The notes beneath the pieces are model-generated. The model ran no database searches and was not told the origin of the DNA. It saw only the letters and a list, made by a program, of their open reading frames with translations. A stretch of 64,000 nt of DNA from Marsupella aquatica. Its lineage: Eukaryota; Plantae; Marchantiophyta. Below, in pieces: positions 35,245-50,144 of this stretch. The stretch spans positions 2,111,312 to 2,175,311 of the forward strand of contig OZ316897.1 of NCBI GenBank assembly GCA_973895155.1. The letters are read 5' to 3'. The position numbers and the translations under genes are program-made. The stretch's first letter is position 1, and every line of letters starts with the position of its first letter.

Positions 35245-38200
35245 AGATGGGAAATGTCAACAACAAAGATTCAATATTACAGGTTTAGGAGCAAGTGCAA
35301 GCTCTATCAAAGAAACCGTCAACACGAAAACAACTGGAAGTCCAGAAATGACACCACCACTATTGAATGTTGAATATTGTGTACACAACAAGAACCACAT
35401 AAAAGTGCCAGCATTTATTCCGAACTGAAATGGTGGGCTTCCAAGGAAGAGATCCAGTCGCTATATCAAATTGCCCAGATTAAACCACCACTGGCCAGAT
35501 ACCTCTACCTACCGTGCAGTTTGCTCCAAGATGTCTGGAAAAAGTTATTTTAATGGTAGCTTCAAGTAACCCATAGCTTTTGAAGGACAGGTGCGTTTTA
35601 ACAAGACCCCCATCCTAAATCAAGGTGGGACTATGACGGAGGACTTGAAAGGAATGTTTTCATTTGACGATTTACAGCGCTGAAATTTACCAAGCTCTGC
35701 CTCAAACCATCACAGAGATCAGATGTAACACGTTAAGCATTGTTTTGTTGGACAAATCCAACTTTACATGATTGCCTAATCCATGTGAGGTGCAAAAGGC
35801 CAATTTCAGACATTAAGCATTGTTTTGTTGGACAATCCAGTTTTATATAGTTGCCTCACCATGTAATGTGTAAAAGCGTATGGAAGCGGAGATGATAGAA
35901 CATTTGAAGGTTCAATTTTCTAACGGAAAGACTTATTGACGGATTGTCCATGCTAATATTTTATCCGAAATCAGATCTTAGAGTTCTCGTTCGTTTCTTC
36001 AGCGATACTGTATTAGTAATCACGTTTCCATCACTTTAGGGACGATTGAACTGATATCCTTATTTGTGCAGATGGCAGTGCTTGATCTGCAGAGCAGATG
36101 ATCACCATTTGGCCGAAGTCATCTGTCTCACCATTTTCCATTTCAGAAAGGTAGATTTGAGAGAATTTAAAAATCAAGTGGCTTATTTGAAGTGACCTGC
36201 TGGCTCATTTTAAGTGACAAGCTATGTTTGATATCAATGTCTCCTTTTAAACCCCGCATGATTATTGATTAAACGATTAAAAGTTTGAAGAGAATCCTAG
36301 CTGCTTGCTGCCATACTTTTTTCCCAAGATCATGGCTGAAAGGTATCCACCTTCAAGGAGAACAGAGAAAATGGGCCCTCAAACACAACATCCAGTTGAC
36401 CAATCCTGATCAGGAGCCTACTCCAGGACGTTCCGCAAAGTATGAAAAAGAGCTCCCGGCAGGAGAATTCAGACCAAGGTAGACTTCAGACGGTCCAAGA
36501 CTTCATTATCTCTTATTTGCGTAGCAGCCTCATTTCAGGTACCTAGCTTTTGATATGCCTGAAACCAGGTGACTTCCATTGGATTAAGTCTCTGCATAAA
36601 TCTAGAAAATGCAGAGCACTTTCTATGAGACTGGAATAATCCTCTGCATAAATCTAGAAAATACAGAGCACTTTCTATGAGAGTAAGGAATCGCTACAGC
36701 GAAGCTCAGACCAAAAACGTATATATCTATATGTGCAGAGGGCAAGCAAATGAAACAGCAAATTTTCACTTAATTGGCAAGAAAACAAACAAAACGCACC
36801 TCAGCTGTGTAGACTGACAAGCGCGTCGCTGTCCTTTTGGTATGATCGTCAAGAGGATAAGTTACCTTGACATTTGTGCGAATCTTTCGAGCAGCCGGGG
36901 GATTTCTGCATCAACTGGACCAAGTTGAATAAGGATGAGAATAAGGATGAAGGCACAGAAACAATTTAATCCATGCAAAAGGGTACCGCATATATCCCAA
37001 GTAGCTGCATCGTGACTACCAAATCACTTAGAGACAGCACTCATCACACGCTAACAATGGACTGACATAGGACTGAGCACGTACATGCTTCCAGATGTGG
37101 AAAATTGTAAAATACACAAGCCCCGTTTCACCACTATCAACGGCTTGCACAAGAGCTCTCATGTCCCATGGTCGTCAGTAGGGGAACCTGCGGCCAAAGA
37201 AGCAGCCGAGCGTGATGCAATGACATAGTATCGAAATGCTGAGGTAAACTTGCAAATCATGATCCGAACCAATGCATCACCCTTGCCTGTTATTTATCAG
37301 TAATTCAAAAGGATATTGCTAATGCCTGACCTGTCTGCACATCCAAGATTAAGGATATCATTCCAAATTGTGATTTCTTGTTCTTGAAAACTCTCCGATT
37401 TATCCATGTGTTGCATAGGATCTGAGGAAGGAAAGACTCCTCATGAAGACCGAATGACAAACAATTTTATACACAATGTTTGCTAGCTTCGTCCGAGGCA
37501 CACCTGTTAATAAGAATAAGATTCTCAGTCAGGCAAAAGAGCTGCAAGCGTTACCAGTCTTATTTGCATTGGCTGCAATTCCTGCGGATGATGGTTGGGC
37601 ATATTGCTGTGAGAGAACCCAGAACATATTTTCCAAAAAGGTCAATAATATCCGGCTTTGAATATTTACAGGTAAATCATCATTGAATAGTAAATCTTCC
37701 ACAGGCTACTGCAGTCCTGACATAAAGACAACTGACTAGTTGATAGGTTCAAAAGAAGTGCACAACTTCAGTTAGCAAATACTCTTCAGAGAGGCAACCT
37801 CGGCTCTAATCAGTGTACAAGCTCAGTTGGATCGCAAAATAGACGTGAGTCTTGACCATACGCGTATCCTGGATCTGTGCAGGTGAGAAATCCACCCCCA
37901 ATCGTATCATTGGACGGCTGGATCACTAGGTGCAGCCCGTTGCTTTGACCTACGATGCCGGCTTTGAGTAGTGTTCAAAGTGAGTGGCTCAAGCATCACA
38001 GTTGTCACATCTACTACCGGTTGTCCATCAAACTCAATCTTCAATCGCCTACACCAACACCAACACATACATTGTTTCCATTACAGTAGGCCCTCTCAAA
38101 CCCTCTACCCCAATTTCACTTCGTTAGTTGTACAATTTTTATTAGAAACCATTGCGAAATTCCTTTTTAGACTCAGAAACAGACACACTGCTTGCTGAAA

Positions 38201-38793
38201 CAGCCGATAAGCTTTGCAGGCGTGTGTTTCCAGAGTCCTTAATATTGAAGTGTCTGAGTCGCTAATCTAACGACTCTCGAACCATAGGTACGTGACTCTC
38301 ATGACTTCTTTGATCTGGCTCATTTTTCTTGTTCAGAATGTACAGTACCCAGACCATCATGCGAGTAAGAAGCAGAGCACACGATTAATTGTGCAGGTCA
38401 GTAAGGAGAAGAAACTCAGTTCAATATAGGCCAAACTTAAACTCAATAGATCAGACAAGAGCCCACGAGCTAAGATTCTCTCGTTCATGCATATGAGGAC
38501 CCAGATAAAAGTCTTTCACGCATTATAAGCATGGCCCCTTGATATCAACTACAGACACTGATCTTTCTGCCTCGCACTGGAGGGTCCCTTTCAATAATCC
38601 ATCGAGCCGATTCGACGAACGTCCAGGCGAGGCAGTGTCAACAATTACTAGATATCAAAACCCCGTATAGAACCTACCAGATGTCAAAAATTACATGATA
38701 CAGGCAGGATCCTTTCTGAAAGGACGAAACCACGTACATGTTGCTACTGCCATTGAACTTTCCCTAGAAATGGTCAGATTTTGAAGCCCTCGC

Positions 38794-39669
38794 CTAGAAC
38801 TGACCACCCCGCCTATAATCTGCAGCAGCGATCTCCGAATCCACGTTGGCAACGTGAGTTTGACTGACTCTCTTGGCTACGGATATCATGTCCATGACCA
38901 CACTCGGGTCCAGCCCAGTCCCTCCACGCTTTGTAATACCAAGAATTGAGCCCTTTCTGTTGAGCGATACTGACACAGCTGCAGTCATTTGTGACTCTTC
39001 CTCTGTAGTAGCGTCAATAATGTAGTGCTTCCCCACCTTGGTCAAGGTAATGACAAGAGGAACCCTAGAAGTATCAAGCGGGAGGAACTCCTCGGGGTTA
39101 TCGCTGAGCTCAAAATCTTCATCGTCAGGTGCTGTCCCACCTGTAGTCTCCACCTTTGGCAGTCCAGAGTTGGCCAATGCTGCCTTCACTGCAATGGACA
39201 AGGCATCAAGCAAATTCCCATCCGAGCTCACAACCAGCCCATCAATGGACAACACCCAGCACACCTTCCCCTCCAGCACACACAATGTGCCCAGGTCAAT
39301 AGCTGAGCCTACCCCGCTCGGACCACCCAAATAGCTCCTCTGCAGAGCCCTAGACAACTCCAACGATAGCTCCTCTCCTCCTCTGCCCTCAAAGTCTGGT
39401 GTGGCAGTAGCGGAGCATTCCACATTGATCTCTATACGACCATGGTTTGGCCTACCAGCTGGTGGTGTTCCTAGCTCTGCCTTCATGCTGGCTATCACAT
39501 CAGTAAAGCCAAGTCGGACCCTGGCGGACCCATTTGCCTGGGGAATGATTCCTGTGTCGATAGAGAAAGACCGAAAATGATGACGGCCTCTGCCATCTCC
39601 CCGAAGGTCGACTGCAATTCCTGCTGCTATGTAGCTCTTCTCCGACGATGACAGATCCACCACCGTCAT
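38794..39669 (-). CDS. RRP42: Exosome complex component RRP42 (EXOSC7), RNase PH fold, single coding exon
   Basis: 291 aa: LSSSEKSYI..GI..DLRGDGR..FR, IPQANGSARVRLG.TDVIASMKAELG, CVLEGKVCWVLSIDGLVVSSDGNLLDA, IIDATTEEE. Confidence 0.93.
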   Translation of the reverse strand: MTVVDLSSSEKSYIAAGIAVDLRGDGRGRHHFRSFSIDTGIIPQANGSARVRLGFTDVIASMKAELGTPPAGRPNHGRIEINVECSATATPDFEGRGGEELSLELSRALQRSYLGGPSGVGSAIDLGTLCVLEGKVCWVLSIDGLVVSSDGNLLDALSIAVKAALANSGLPKVETTGGTAPDDEDFELSDNPEEFLPLDTSRVPLVITLTKVGKHYIIDATTEEESQMTAAVSVSLNRKGSILGITKRGGTGLDPSVVMDMISVAKRVSQTHVANVDSEIAAADYRRGGQF

Positions 39670-41686
39670 TTCCTTCCGAAGAAATGATCACAGCCTCCTC
39701 CCTGATCTTTCTGTCTGTCAAAATTTTCCCTCTCCTTCTACTTACTCCAGATTTTGGTGATTAGACAAGAGCAGAAGATTGCACGGCAGAAAGCCGATGT
39801 GCATCTTGAGTAAAATTGCTAAATGTTTTTGAACATGCGTCGGCTGTAAACCCTAATGCTAGACAACACTTCTCCTCCGACAACAAATCCAACACCATCA
39901 TTTCCTTTCATCAAGATGTCCCCCAATCTCCTCCCTGATCTTTGGTAGGTCCAGAAAGTGGAAACTACGGTACTCAGAGCCGAGCTGAGGGATGTTTACA
40001 CGGCGGAAACTTTGGATCTGCACATTAAGACGAATTCGTCGATTGCAATCTCCGATGCTGTAGAACTCTTCCTCCACTAGAACAGATCAACTAGCTTCAT
40101 TTCTTTCCAACGACATGTCCACGCCTCCACAGCATCCTCCCTGATTTCTCAGTCGGTCCGAGAAATTGCCCTCTGCTTCTCTTGAGCACAAACTTCGGTG
40201 CTATAAGAAGAACTGAGCTCGGTTTGCACGGTGGAAACGATGATGTGCATAATTGTCAAGACCAAGACAGATCGACCACCTTCATTTCTTTTCAACGAAA
40301 TGTTGCACCCTGAATTTTTTGGTAACAATGGCGTTACAGGAGCAATTGTGAATTTTTCCAAGTAGAGCAAACTGGAGGGCCACTCGACTTTTAATGATAG
40401 ACTCCACTTCAAAACATCTTTTGAATTGCAATAAAACACTCGAGTTTTAAGGATAGACTCCACTTCAAAAATCTTTTGAATTGCAGTAATGCAAATGTTT
40501 GAATGGCTCGAGACCAAAAGTCTTTTGAGATGAACTTCAATAAATGCAAATATATGAATTAAGGAGCCAATTGTGAATGTTTGAATGACTCCATATCAGA
40601 AACCTTTTAAGATGAACTTCAATAAATGCAAATCCATTTAGATTAAGGAGCCAAAGTTTGTGAATGTTCTCATGATCTGTATTCTTGGTGTCTATTCAAT
40701 CACACACTAAACATATAAGACACCAAAGACATCACACTGGAGAAACTCCTCAATGATTCATAGCATGAGGAATTACATGTAAAGAATGAAGAATGCTCTT
40801 CCTCTTATCTATACCCAGGTTGGGCTACAATGTGTGGACATAAATAAATGGATCTTATCCTAGACTAATCAAAGGTACCTAAATGAATGGATCTTATCCT
40901 TGACTAATCAAAGGTTAACTAACTTTACAAAGGTCAAACTAACTATCAATTTCAAACAAAGATGTCACAATGAGAAAAATCACTTAGTTTCCCTGATTAA
41001 ACCTGTCCGTAAACAGAGTTACCATGCATGAACTATGTAAAAAAGAATAGGGCAGGTCACCTTTTTGCAATCACCATGACTGGGAAACACAACTTTTCTA
41101 AAAGTTATCCCAAACCAGTTAACTTGAGTGAGTAGAAATTTGCTAACTTTGTTACTGTTTGTGGATGACAAATTCTACATAAGTGTCCAAAATTAGACCT
41201 ATTTGTAAACTTTGTGCAGCTTTTTGTGTATGTTTTCTCAAATCTTCGGAAAACAAAACCTATCTTCAAAGCGAATTTACAATCCATGACTGGTGCATCT
41301 TTTTGTCTAAGACCATCCCCCCACAATCAGACAGCAGCATGAAAATTTTCAGATCTAAAAAACTTTCCAAAACCTCTTCACTGAAATGGAACCCTAAAAA
41401 GATTTTAAAAGTGGCATCACTCATGCACTACTACTTGAATTTTGTCCAGAAAGTGTATCCAATCATTTGTGACACTAGTCAATAATTATATCCAAAAGCC
41501 TATCCTTAAGTCAAAGTGTATCTAGTCATCAAGGTCAAGAAAATGGCAAAAAGGTCATAAATGTCAAGCAAGGTATTTTTAATTTTGTCCTGAAAATGGC
41601 GAAGAGGTCATAAATGTCAACAAATATATTTTGTCCTTTGCCATGTCAAATGCATATTCTTTGTTGCCATCCTGCAGAAACGTTCA

Positions 41687-41898
41687 GAAGCTGGCTTGCA
41701 ATCAATGCTCTTGTGGGCGGCTCTATATGGACTAATTTTGAGAAGCTGGTTTGCAATCGACCCTCCTGTGGGCAGCTCTCTATGGACTAAATTCGAGAAG
41801 CTGTCTTGCAATCGATTCTTTTGTGGGCGGCTCTGTGTGGACTCACTCTGAGAGAGCTGACTTCCAATGAATCTTCTTGTGGGCAGCTCTCTGTGGAC
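41687..41898. repeat. ~55-bp tandem repeat, four copies
   Basis: GAAGCTG..TTGCAATC.....TGTGGGC(G/A)GCTCT.T.TGGACT at ~41687, 41742, 41797 and 41853. Confidence 0.8.
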
Positions 41899-42109
41899 TA
41901 GTACTTGTCGTGGTGTAAAGTGGAGAGAGAAGAGCACGAGCAAAACTCTCCTCCCACTCGACTTTTCCCTTCGTGATTACCAACTAGGTTGCTAGATATG
42001 GATATCACTCTGGTCCCATGCGAGACCGATTTGCTGGAGATTCTCATTTGCTTTATCCATTGTCATCATTTTCAATTGCAAGCGTTTTGTGTCTTTGGTA
42101 TCTTTTCCC

Positions 42110-42560
42110 TCCAGAGTCTCTCGACTTGGCAGCAATTTCTGGGCTATCAATTTGTTGAACGCAATGTGGTCAATATTAGTCTGGCAGAATAATCTTACCT
42201 CAACGACGATATGAGTGAAATCGTGTGCCAGTTTTATCTTTTTGCAGAAACTGCGGAGTTACGCGGAGTGGACTTGTTCCCTACTGAGTCTCGACATTGT
42301 CTGTTCAATGCAATCTGGTCAATATTAGTCTGGCAGAATATTCTTTCCAGAAAAACGCTATGAATGAAATGGGTTGCCACAAGTCAAACTGTTTGTATCT
42401 TTCTGCAGAAATTTCGGAGTTCCGCGTAGTGGAATTTGGCCCTCGCGAGTCTCGACTTGGCAGCAATTTCTGCATATCAATTTGTTCAATGCAAACTGGT
42501 CAAATATTGGTCCGGCAAAACAGTCTTTCCACAAAGACGCTATGAATGAAATCGTATGCC
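42110..42560. repeat. Degenerate ~170-bp tandem repeat, about three copies
   Basis: GAGTCTCGAC(TTGGCAGCAATTTCT)...GGTCAATATTAGTCTGGCAGAATA...ATGA(A/G)TGAAAT recurs at ~42113, 42286 and 42447. Confidence 0.65.
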
Positions 42561-44399
42561 GTCATTTATGTCAATTCGCTTGTCGATAGTCTAGTCGGTG
42601 AACATTTCCACAAAGATCTCCGGAGTACGGATCATTCTTGTGAGCAGTGTCTTTTGGCCTCCACTGACAAACCATGAATTTGGCTTTGTGGGACCTCACT
42701 CTCCCAACCTTCCTGTACCGAGCGTTTTTTGGGGTGAATTGGGAGTTTTACCAAGTCAACTGGAGTCCCCACCTTGCATTTTCCTTTCAATCTCTGGACA
42801 ATTTCAATCGCTTTGTTGTGCGAGAAAATAGTGAGCACGGAGCTACAATTGTCCCTCGTCGCTGGACGTGGGTTCCTCTGGGCTGGCAGCGGAAAATCAC
42901 TGACCCTCACCAAGCTAAAGGCCTACAACCCTGTGAGGAGGGGATTAGGGCACGTTGTCAAAGCTCGTCTCACATGTCATCGACAGGCTGTGTTGCCTCC
43001 GTGCTTTCGGGGCCTTGCTGTTGCAAACCTTAGGAATGCAGATCGACTGCTTGTACAGTACTGCAGTAGGTTCTGGAGATTTTGAAGAAGGTCAGTCAGA
43101 GATGGTGGATCAAAGGTGCCTGACCAGGTCCTCCCCCTTCGCTAGGATCCATCACGAGTCATAGAAATCAAGGAGGTCGAGCGATGAACTTTCAATAGTG
43201 TTCACTGTTGTGCTAATCGCTTGAAAATCACATCACTCTGTGTTCTGAGCGATGGACTTTCAATAGTGTTCACTGTTGTGGTAATTGCAAATCTCATCAA
43301 CCTGTCTACTGATTACTGTACGTTTTTCCCACGTTTTTCGCATCAATTTCGAGGAAAGGAACCCACGTTTGTCACATGGCGCAACAAAATCCCGTTGGGT
43401 CAGTGTAAAAGATGAGAATACATCGCGAAAGTTACGAAGATATGACTTGCGAGAATCGAGCTAAGAAAGAAAAGAGGATCACAGATCTTAATTAATGAAT
43501 GTCGAAGCCTCGAGCAATTACGATCAAACGAATTGGATCCGCACTAATAATAAATCATTCAATCATTCCCTCACCTCCGTATGCAAAACTTCGGTCCCTG
43601 CTCATGATCTAATCTGCTGATGAGAGGTCAGTTTCTTACATGTCACCTGTTCTTGTTGGCAAATGTTGGGTCTCCAGCCTCCAGGTTTGTAGTGTCCCGC
43701 CAAGCTCAGCTGTTACGGCGAAGTACAGCAGTTTTTCCAATCGTTCATAACGTTTTGGTCCTTTTTGGATGCCAACCTCAGCTGTTATGGCCAAAGTATA
43801 GTAGTAAGTTTTCCAAATCGTTCATAACGTTTCGGCACAAGCTGTCGTTTGGGAAAACACAACTGGCAAATGGATAGACAGCTAATTTTCTGGGGATTTT
43901 TGTACATTGGTACTGAAGCCGTAAGCAGAAGGGATTATGAAGATGGTTGGGGCAGCTGGAGCTATTTGCTTGATAAGACCCCAAAATTTTAAAGTGTTAT
44001 TTGATACTACCCCTGTGGGTATGTTGATTTAAAGTCGGATCACTCATGGGTACTACCAAGTAACACATTTCATTTTGGGGTACTATCAAACAAATCTTTT
44101 CAAAGTCGGATCACTCATGGGTACTACCAAGTAACACAATTCATTTTGGGGTCCTATCAAAGAAATCCTTTGAGCCAGTTGGCTGATGTGGAGCAGGGTA
44201 GGTGCAAAACAATGTTTCCCAGGTCCCAAACACTGACAATAAATAAAATAGGTCCACAGGATTGGTGCAAAACAACGTTTCCCAGGTCCCAAACGCTAAC
44301 AATAAATAAAATAGGGAGTCTCAAAGTTTGGCAATAGGAGGATATGACTTCCCCAATACTTATGGCAGCTCATTTTATTTTTTTAAGGAAACCACATGC

Positions 44400-45000
44400 A
44401 AATGTTTACAGAAAGTGCCAAACAGAGTACAAAAGAACAAACAAAAGAGGTCTGTAGCGGACAAAAACCAAACTCAAAACAAGTGAGCCAAGAAAAGCCC
44501 TTAACAACCTAGAAAGAGGAAACAAAGTTAAAAACATAAAAGTTGTAGAGTCAATTTCCCGTTGTTGTAACCAAAACAAGTGGGCAAAACACTTAAACCT
44601 AATGCCCTTAGTGATTTGTCTCTTTGTATTTGTCAGGGCATTTTGGAGCATAATGGGCTGGTCAAGATTTGGATGGTCTCTTTCAAAAAGATTATCCTCT
44701 ACTTTTGCTAGAAGTTGGAAAACAATTGAAAAATCTCCAAGGCCTTCAAGTGTCCTTAAGTCGCCATTTTGGAGCTTTATGGACAATAATAGCCCCTCAA
44801 AACTCAAGCTGTAGCTCTCATTGGGGCCATTATATCCAATAATGCCCTCCAAACAAGACTTTATTGTATACCAATAACCTTGACAATTTTCTAGTAATTT
44901 TAGGCAAAAATCCAGAAAATCAGAGATCCAGGAAAGTAGGAGGCATGGGGGCTTTGGACCTGACAAGGTGATAGCTGCTGCATTTTGGGGTGGCAACTGA
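44400..45000 (-). mobile_element. Heavily degraded LINE ORF2 3' fragment (zf-RVT-like)
   Basis: Minus ORF 44406-44996 contains IMLQNALTNTKR...KCFAHLFWL, weakly reminiscent of a zf-RVT C-terminus. No clear ends. Confidence 0.3.
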
Positions 45001-47105
45001 CCAGGGATGAAAGAAAAATAATATATATTATGAGAATGAGGTGATGCCTTATGAGTCTGGTCAATGCTGCATCCCCCCTTTTTTTAATCCACAATTGGGT
45101 CCCATAACCAGACTTAAGGGATGGGCAATAAATCCGCAAATTTCACAGACGGCCCAACTTTGAGATGCCCTAATAATACACAAGTCTTTTTCCTCTAATG
45201 CAAGGGGGCTTTAGAAGGAGGGAGCATTTTCCCAGAGCAAAAATGAGTAGACCATTCTCAGCCTAAAATCTGGCTTCTGGCCTATGACTCAAGGAGGGAG
45301 TCGCAGAGAGGGGAATGCAATTGTCAATGCATTCCAAGAGACCCACTGGATAAAAGCTTAGACCACCTCACCATATAAAGAGTGTACAGGTCACCCATTC
45401 AACCTTTAATCATGGGGACCCACTCATTGCCACGTAGTGCTGAAATGGTCGCCAAAAGTCTTGCCCCTTAAATTATTGGCTGGGATGGCAAGGAACTCTC
45501 ATCCATCCGCTCATTCTTGTAAACCCCCTCAGTTTTGGTAATAAATTTGTGAGGTCAGTCAACAAGTAAGGGTAGGGTGAAGTTACAAGACATTGGGGCA
45601 GTTGTGAGTTTTTTCACCATTGCAAACTTAATTTCAACTTCTTGTTCGAAAGATAAACTCCAGACCTAAAATCTTCTGAAAATGAAATTCAATAAACTTT
45701 TTAACAAAAGAGGCAAAGCTTGGAAATGATTTGACTACCTTTAAAAGGACAAAATAAACATTCCACATCAACATTTTCTTAGGCCCATTGCTTGCCATGT
45801 AACATTGTTAGACACCATACCTGAATGCCCCCACTAGTTCTTGTAAAGTCAATTGCAACCATTTCCACTCATTATATGGTCCACATTCAACCTCAAAGGG
45901 AATAAAAAGAAACAATGTGCCCTCTGACAGCTTGTCAATTCACCTTTAGTTTCAGTAATGGATTTGTGAGCTGAGTAGACAACTAAGGTAAATTGACTGA
46001 AAGGAAGTGAAGTCAGTTGTGATAAGATCTCAAAATTGAAACTTGTATCCTAGAGTAAGGTCATCCTACTAAATTCTCAAAATTATACAACAAAAATCTG
46101 GAGGTGAGAGGATACAGTACATCATGAGCATGAAGAGGGTGAAGGAGTAAGTTTGCATTTACTGTAGCTGAGGAGGATGGAGAGAAGAAGATTTGTTCAC
46201 GGGCTTGGTTTCTCCATTGAGGACTTAGACTAAGATGCGCACTTTGATTTGTTCCCTAATTGACCATACCACCTTCATAATTATATTCACACACCATCCA
46301 AAAGTAGATCATGTGTACAGGTATGGCACAGGTACACAACACTACTGTACCAAACTTCGAGAGAGTTCAATAAATTTGCTCTCTAGAAAGGTTTGGAAGA
46401 AAACCAACGGAAACTCTCTCACAAACGGTCTGCTGTAGATTTGCACTGACAATTTATGAACAGAGAAATAACACATGATTAGTGCCGTTTCTATTTCACT
46501 TGGGATTTGAACAAGCTTGAGGATACTTCCGTGCTCTTTCCGTTTGCCCCTTTGCCACCTCTACCCCTCGTTGTGGCAAATGGGGTGACACCAAGAAAGT
46601 GGACTGCAGAAATCTACAGACGACAAACAAGTATTTAACATCCTTACTGCTCTTTGCAATTTTTCCCTTGTATTTTTCAGGGTATTGTGGATTAGAATGC
46701 CCTTGTCAAGATATGGATCAATTCCTTTGGATCACTAGCATGCTACCTGCGCTGTTACACTGAACAGGTTATGCCCAAAACCTTACATACCCGAAGCCTC
46801 TATTTTTACAGGGGCAATCAAGTTTTGAGGGCCTATCATTGCCCATAATGCTCAGGATGCAGGACCTTCATACACTTAAAGGCCTGAGATATTTTCAATT
46901 TTACTGGTTTCAGTCAAAATAGAAGAGAATCCTTCCCAACAATTCTCCCTTATTTTTAGAGGGGCATAAGTAGGGAAGCATAAGGGTTTTGGGATGTGAG
47001 ATTTTTGGGGTATAACCTGCTCATGTAACAGCACAGGTGTGATGCTTGTGTATACAAATTAACAATTGAAACAGATTCTGCAGTTGGGTGTGGCCACATG
47101 TCATA

Positions 47106-47505
47106 GTAGTTGATTATTGAAGCTTCTGATCTTTTAAAGGCAGCATTAAGTAGATTCCATGTTATACTGGTGAATGTCTTTTGGAATGTGATTAACTCAA
47201 TCCTCATAAGAGTCACCTTGACACACCAGAGCTTAGGTCTTTCTCTCGTTCTTTCTCCCTGGAGTCTATGGCTTGTAGGGAAATTAATTATCGAAATAGG
47301 ACTTGTGCAGTTGGGCCTGGGCACATGTCCTATTAGTTAATTATTGAAGCTTCTGATAGTCGAATTAAAATAAGCATTGAGTAGATTCCATGTTTTATTG
47401 GTGAATGTGCTTTGGGATTTGATTAAGTTAATCCTCATAAGCGTCACCTTGGCACATCAGCGTTAGTTCTGTCTCTCATGCTTTCTCCCTAGAGGCTATG
47501 GCTTG
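47106..47505. repeat. Local ~230-bp tandem duplication
   Basis: TAGTT.ATTATTGAAGCTTCTGAT...AGCATT.AGTAGATTCCATGTT...TCCTCATAAG.GTCACCTTG.CACA...CTTTCTCCCCT.GAG.CTATGGCTTG at ~47106 and ~47334. Confidence 0.75.
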
Positions 47506-50144
47506 GCCTGCTAATGCCATGTGTGTAGGCATGTGGGACGGTAAGAATGCTTTAGCATAGAAAGACAGAGGAAAAAGGTTCTTGGACCCAAGACTGATAA
47601 AGTGCAACGGAAAATTATAAAGGCTAATCACTAGTGGCGTGACAATATATAGGATTGGACTACTCTAAATCCAATGCAGACAATGTACACAAGATGGAAC
47701 GTGAGCATGCTCAAGACCATGCACATGGGCTGCTGGGATTGTGACTTCGTCCCTGGACAAGAAAAGAAAACGTCCTCCCTTTCTACTCTTTTCGGGGTTG
47801 ATATATATATTTACTCTATCTTAAACAGCTAGGCTTGAACCTCGTTTAAACTTCACATGTGCTCATTTGATTTTCAGAATATAGTGCCAGAAAACTGAAA
47901 GGAAGGGTGGAAAGAGAAATGGGAAGTAGATTTTGGTCCTTCTGGACTCAATTCTTTCCTTCTATTTTGCCTCCTTTGGCCCCTTGTTTAGTGAAGCTAT
48001 TTGTTTGTGACTCTTGAAAGAAGCTTTACTATAAATGAAACAGCAGCAACGACTACATATCATTATGCTTATTTGAGTTTTTGGGGTTGATAAGATTGAG
48101 GAAGCTTAGATTGATAAATGCTCAGGAAGGGTTTCCTTGCCCTCATTTGGAAAAAATAAAGATTGAGGAAGCTCAGATATAGACATTCATATAATAATCC
48201 TACTGTAGGATTCTTATAGAATGGGGTACTTAGGGTGGACAATCTCATAGGCACATGGATCAAGTTCAAAGCTACTGGATGGCTTAGGCGTGTGCTTTCC
48301 AAGACTTGTGGACAATCCCTTGACAACAGGTGGTGTGCGAGCATGATCAAATCAATCAATGTGCTGATGCCCACATCCCAACAAGTATATTATTATTAAG
48401 AACACAAAATATAGCACCAAAGTCAAACGACCTGGTCTATGCCCCAAGCACAGCGTATGATTAGTGGATGATTCTTGACCTGGCTCGCTCCTTATTCTCA
48501 TTAAAATAGCACTAAGAGGACTAGTCTTTGGGTGTCTTTATTGGGGCCCACACAAATCCAGGGTCTTGGTTAGTTGGTTCATTCTCATTAGAAGAACAAT
48601 GAAGACCAATAGGGCATGTCAAAGCAGGGGCCTAACTCAATGTAAATGTGCCCCGTAAAGGTCCAATACAAACTAGAGTGGAACTAGAGTTTTGTCAAGT
48701 GCCTCGCAACAAGTGGGCTTGTCACTTACGGATAAAATCATTCTGTTCAGAATGAAACAAAAGCGGGTTTAGGGGTGTCTGAAACTGGAAAATGGCGTAA
48801 GCTGGTTTAATTTTTGCAAGGTATGTTTGTGTTCCAATTTCTTGTCATTTTATTCCTTCTTCTTCTACTTCTTCTTTGCAGCCTTACTGCTGTTGCTCGA
48901 GTTGTGTTTGCTGTTGTTAATGCCACTAGTGCCACTAGTCATGTTACTTGTTTGCTGAAAGGAGGAGGATGAAAGGTGGAGGATCTGGACTGACACTAAG
49001 GCTTTGTTAAGTGACAGTGCGGGCTTATCACTTGAGGATGAAATAATCCCATTAATTAATTTTATTATAAAAAATGGCTTGCATGCCTGTCTGAATTGGG
49101 TATCGGGGGGTGTGCAAGACGGAGATGCTGAAGATTTATGGTGCTGGCAGATTTGGGTCTTAAGCACTTGGAGTAGAGGGGAGTTGAAGTCTAATGGGGT
49201 TGACAAGGAGGGACTGGATTGGGTACATGCATGTATTTATTCATGACTTGTGTCGCACTCGGAAGTGATTTTGATGCTTTGTTTTTTTAATTAAGGATTT
49301 ACATGGGTTCTGTCGTCAAGGGGACTTGGAGTCAAATTCGGTTGAGGTCATCTCCACCAGCCCCTTGCCTGTATCACCCCCTGCCCCCCTCCTCCCCTGC
49401 CCCCTACCCCCTACCCCCTACCCTACAATAAATATCGAAGACATACAAATACCCCTTGTAGGAGGGAGAGGAGGGGCAGGATTGGGTACATTTTTGATTT
49501 GTTTTGGCTAGCACTGAACGGAGGCGAATTGATGCTTTGTTGTTTTCAAGGATTACTAGTATAGTGGGGGTGTGGCGTCCGTTTCACTCCTTATTCGCCG
49601 GCAGCGTGGGCACATTTTGGGGTTTCATACGCTATATTGGGGCGGAGCTGTGTCACTTCCTTCCCGTTCCTTTTCGTTCGCCTGGAGCTGAGTTCTGTTG
49701 GGAGGTGCTTGGCGGGTAGTTTGGGCCAAGATAGATTTTTGATTGTTGGGTTCCTTCATTCCTTCGTCGGTCTGTGTGTCTGGCTCCGTGAGCTGCGGTG
49801 ACGGACTGTTTTGCGTGGAGTGGTTGAGAGATTCTTGAAACATCATGTGTTGGAATGGGAATGGGAATGGGAATTGCGTCTCGACTGACTTCTCGTGTGT
49901 GTCATCGTCCTGCTGTTTGTTCACCATCATCCGCGTGAATCCTACGAATCCGTCGTTTCCGATTTCGTCTCGGCATTGTTGTGGAGTTTTCATTTTAGGT
50001 CAGGAGAAGAATGACGATGAGCTGACTTGTGTCGTCCGACTTTGAATCGAGGAAGCGAGGAGGAGGAGGAGGAGGAGGAGGAGGAGGGTTTCGAGTTTTA
50101 GGGGATTAGAGGCGGTCGGCTTTGTTAGGAGGATTGGATCGTAG

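Noticed and set aside
36470-37510. Minus-strand exon-like blocks with splice signals downstream of RRP42 (e.g. FPY*RPWDMRALV at ~37177, NPPAARKIRTNVKV at ~36900)
   Set aside because: I could not join them into a consistent open frame or recognise a family. They may be spliced UTR or lncRNA and need RNA-seq.
42598-44337. Cluster of 60-120 aa ORFs
   Set aside because: No recognisable domains, and they are interspersed with short direct repeats (44031/44102 and ~44200/44263). Probably TE-derived non-coding DNA whose ends I could not define.
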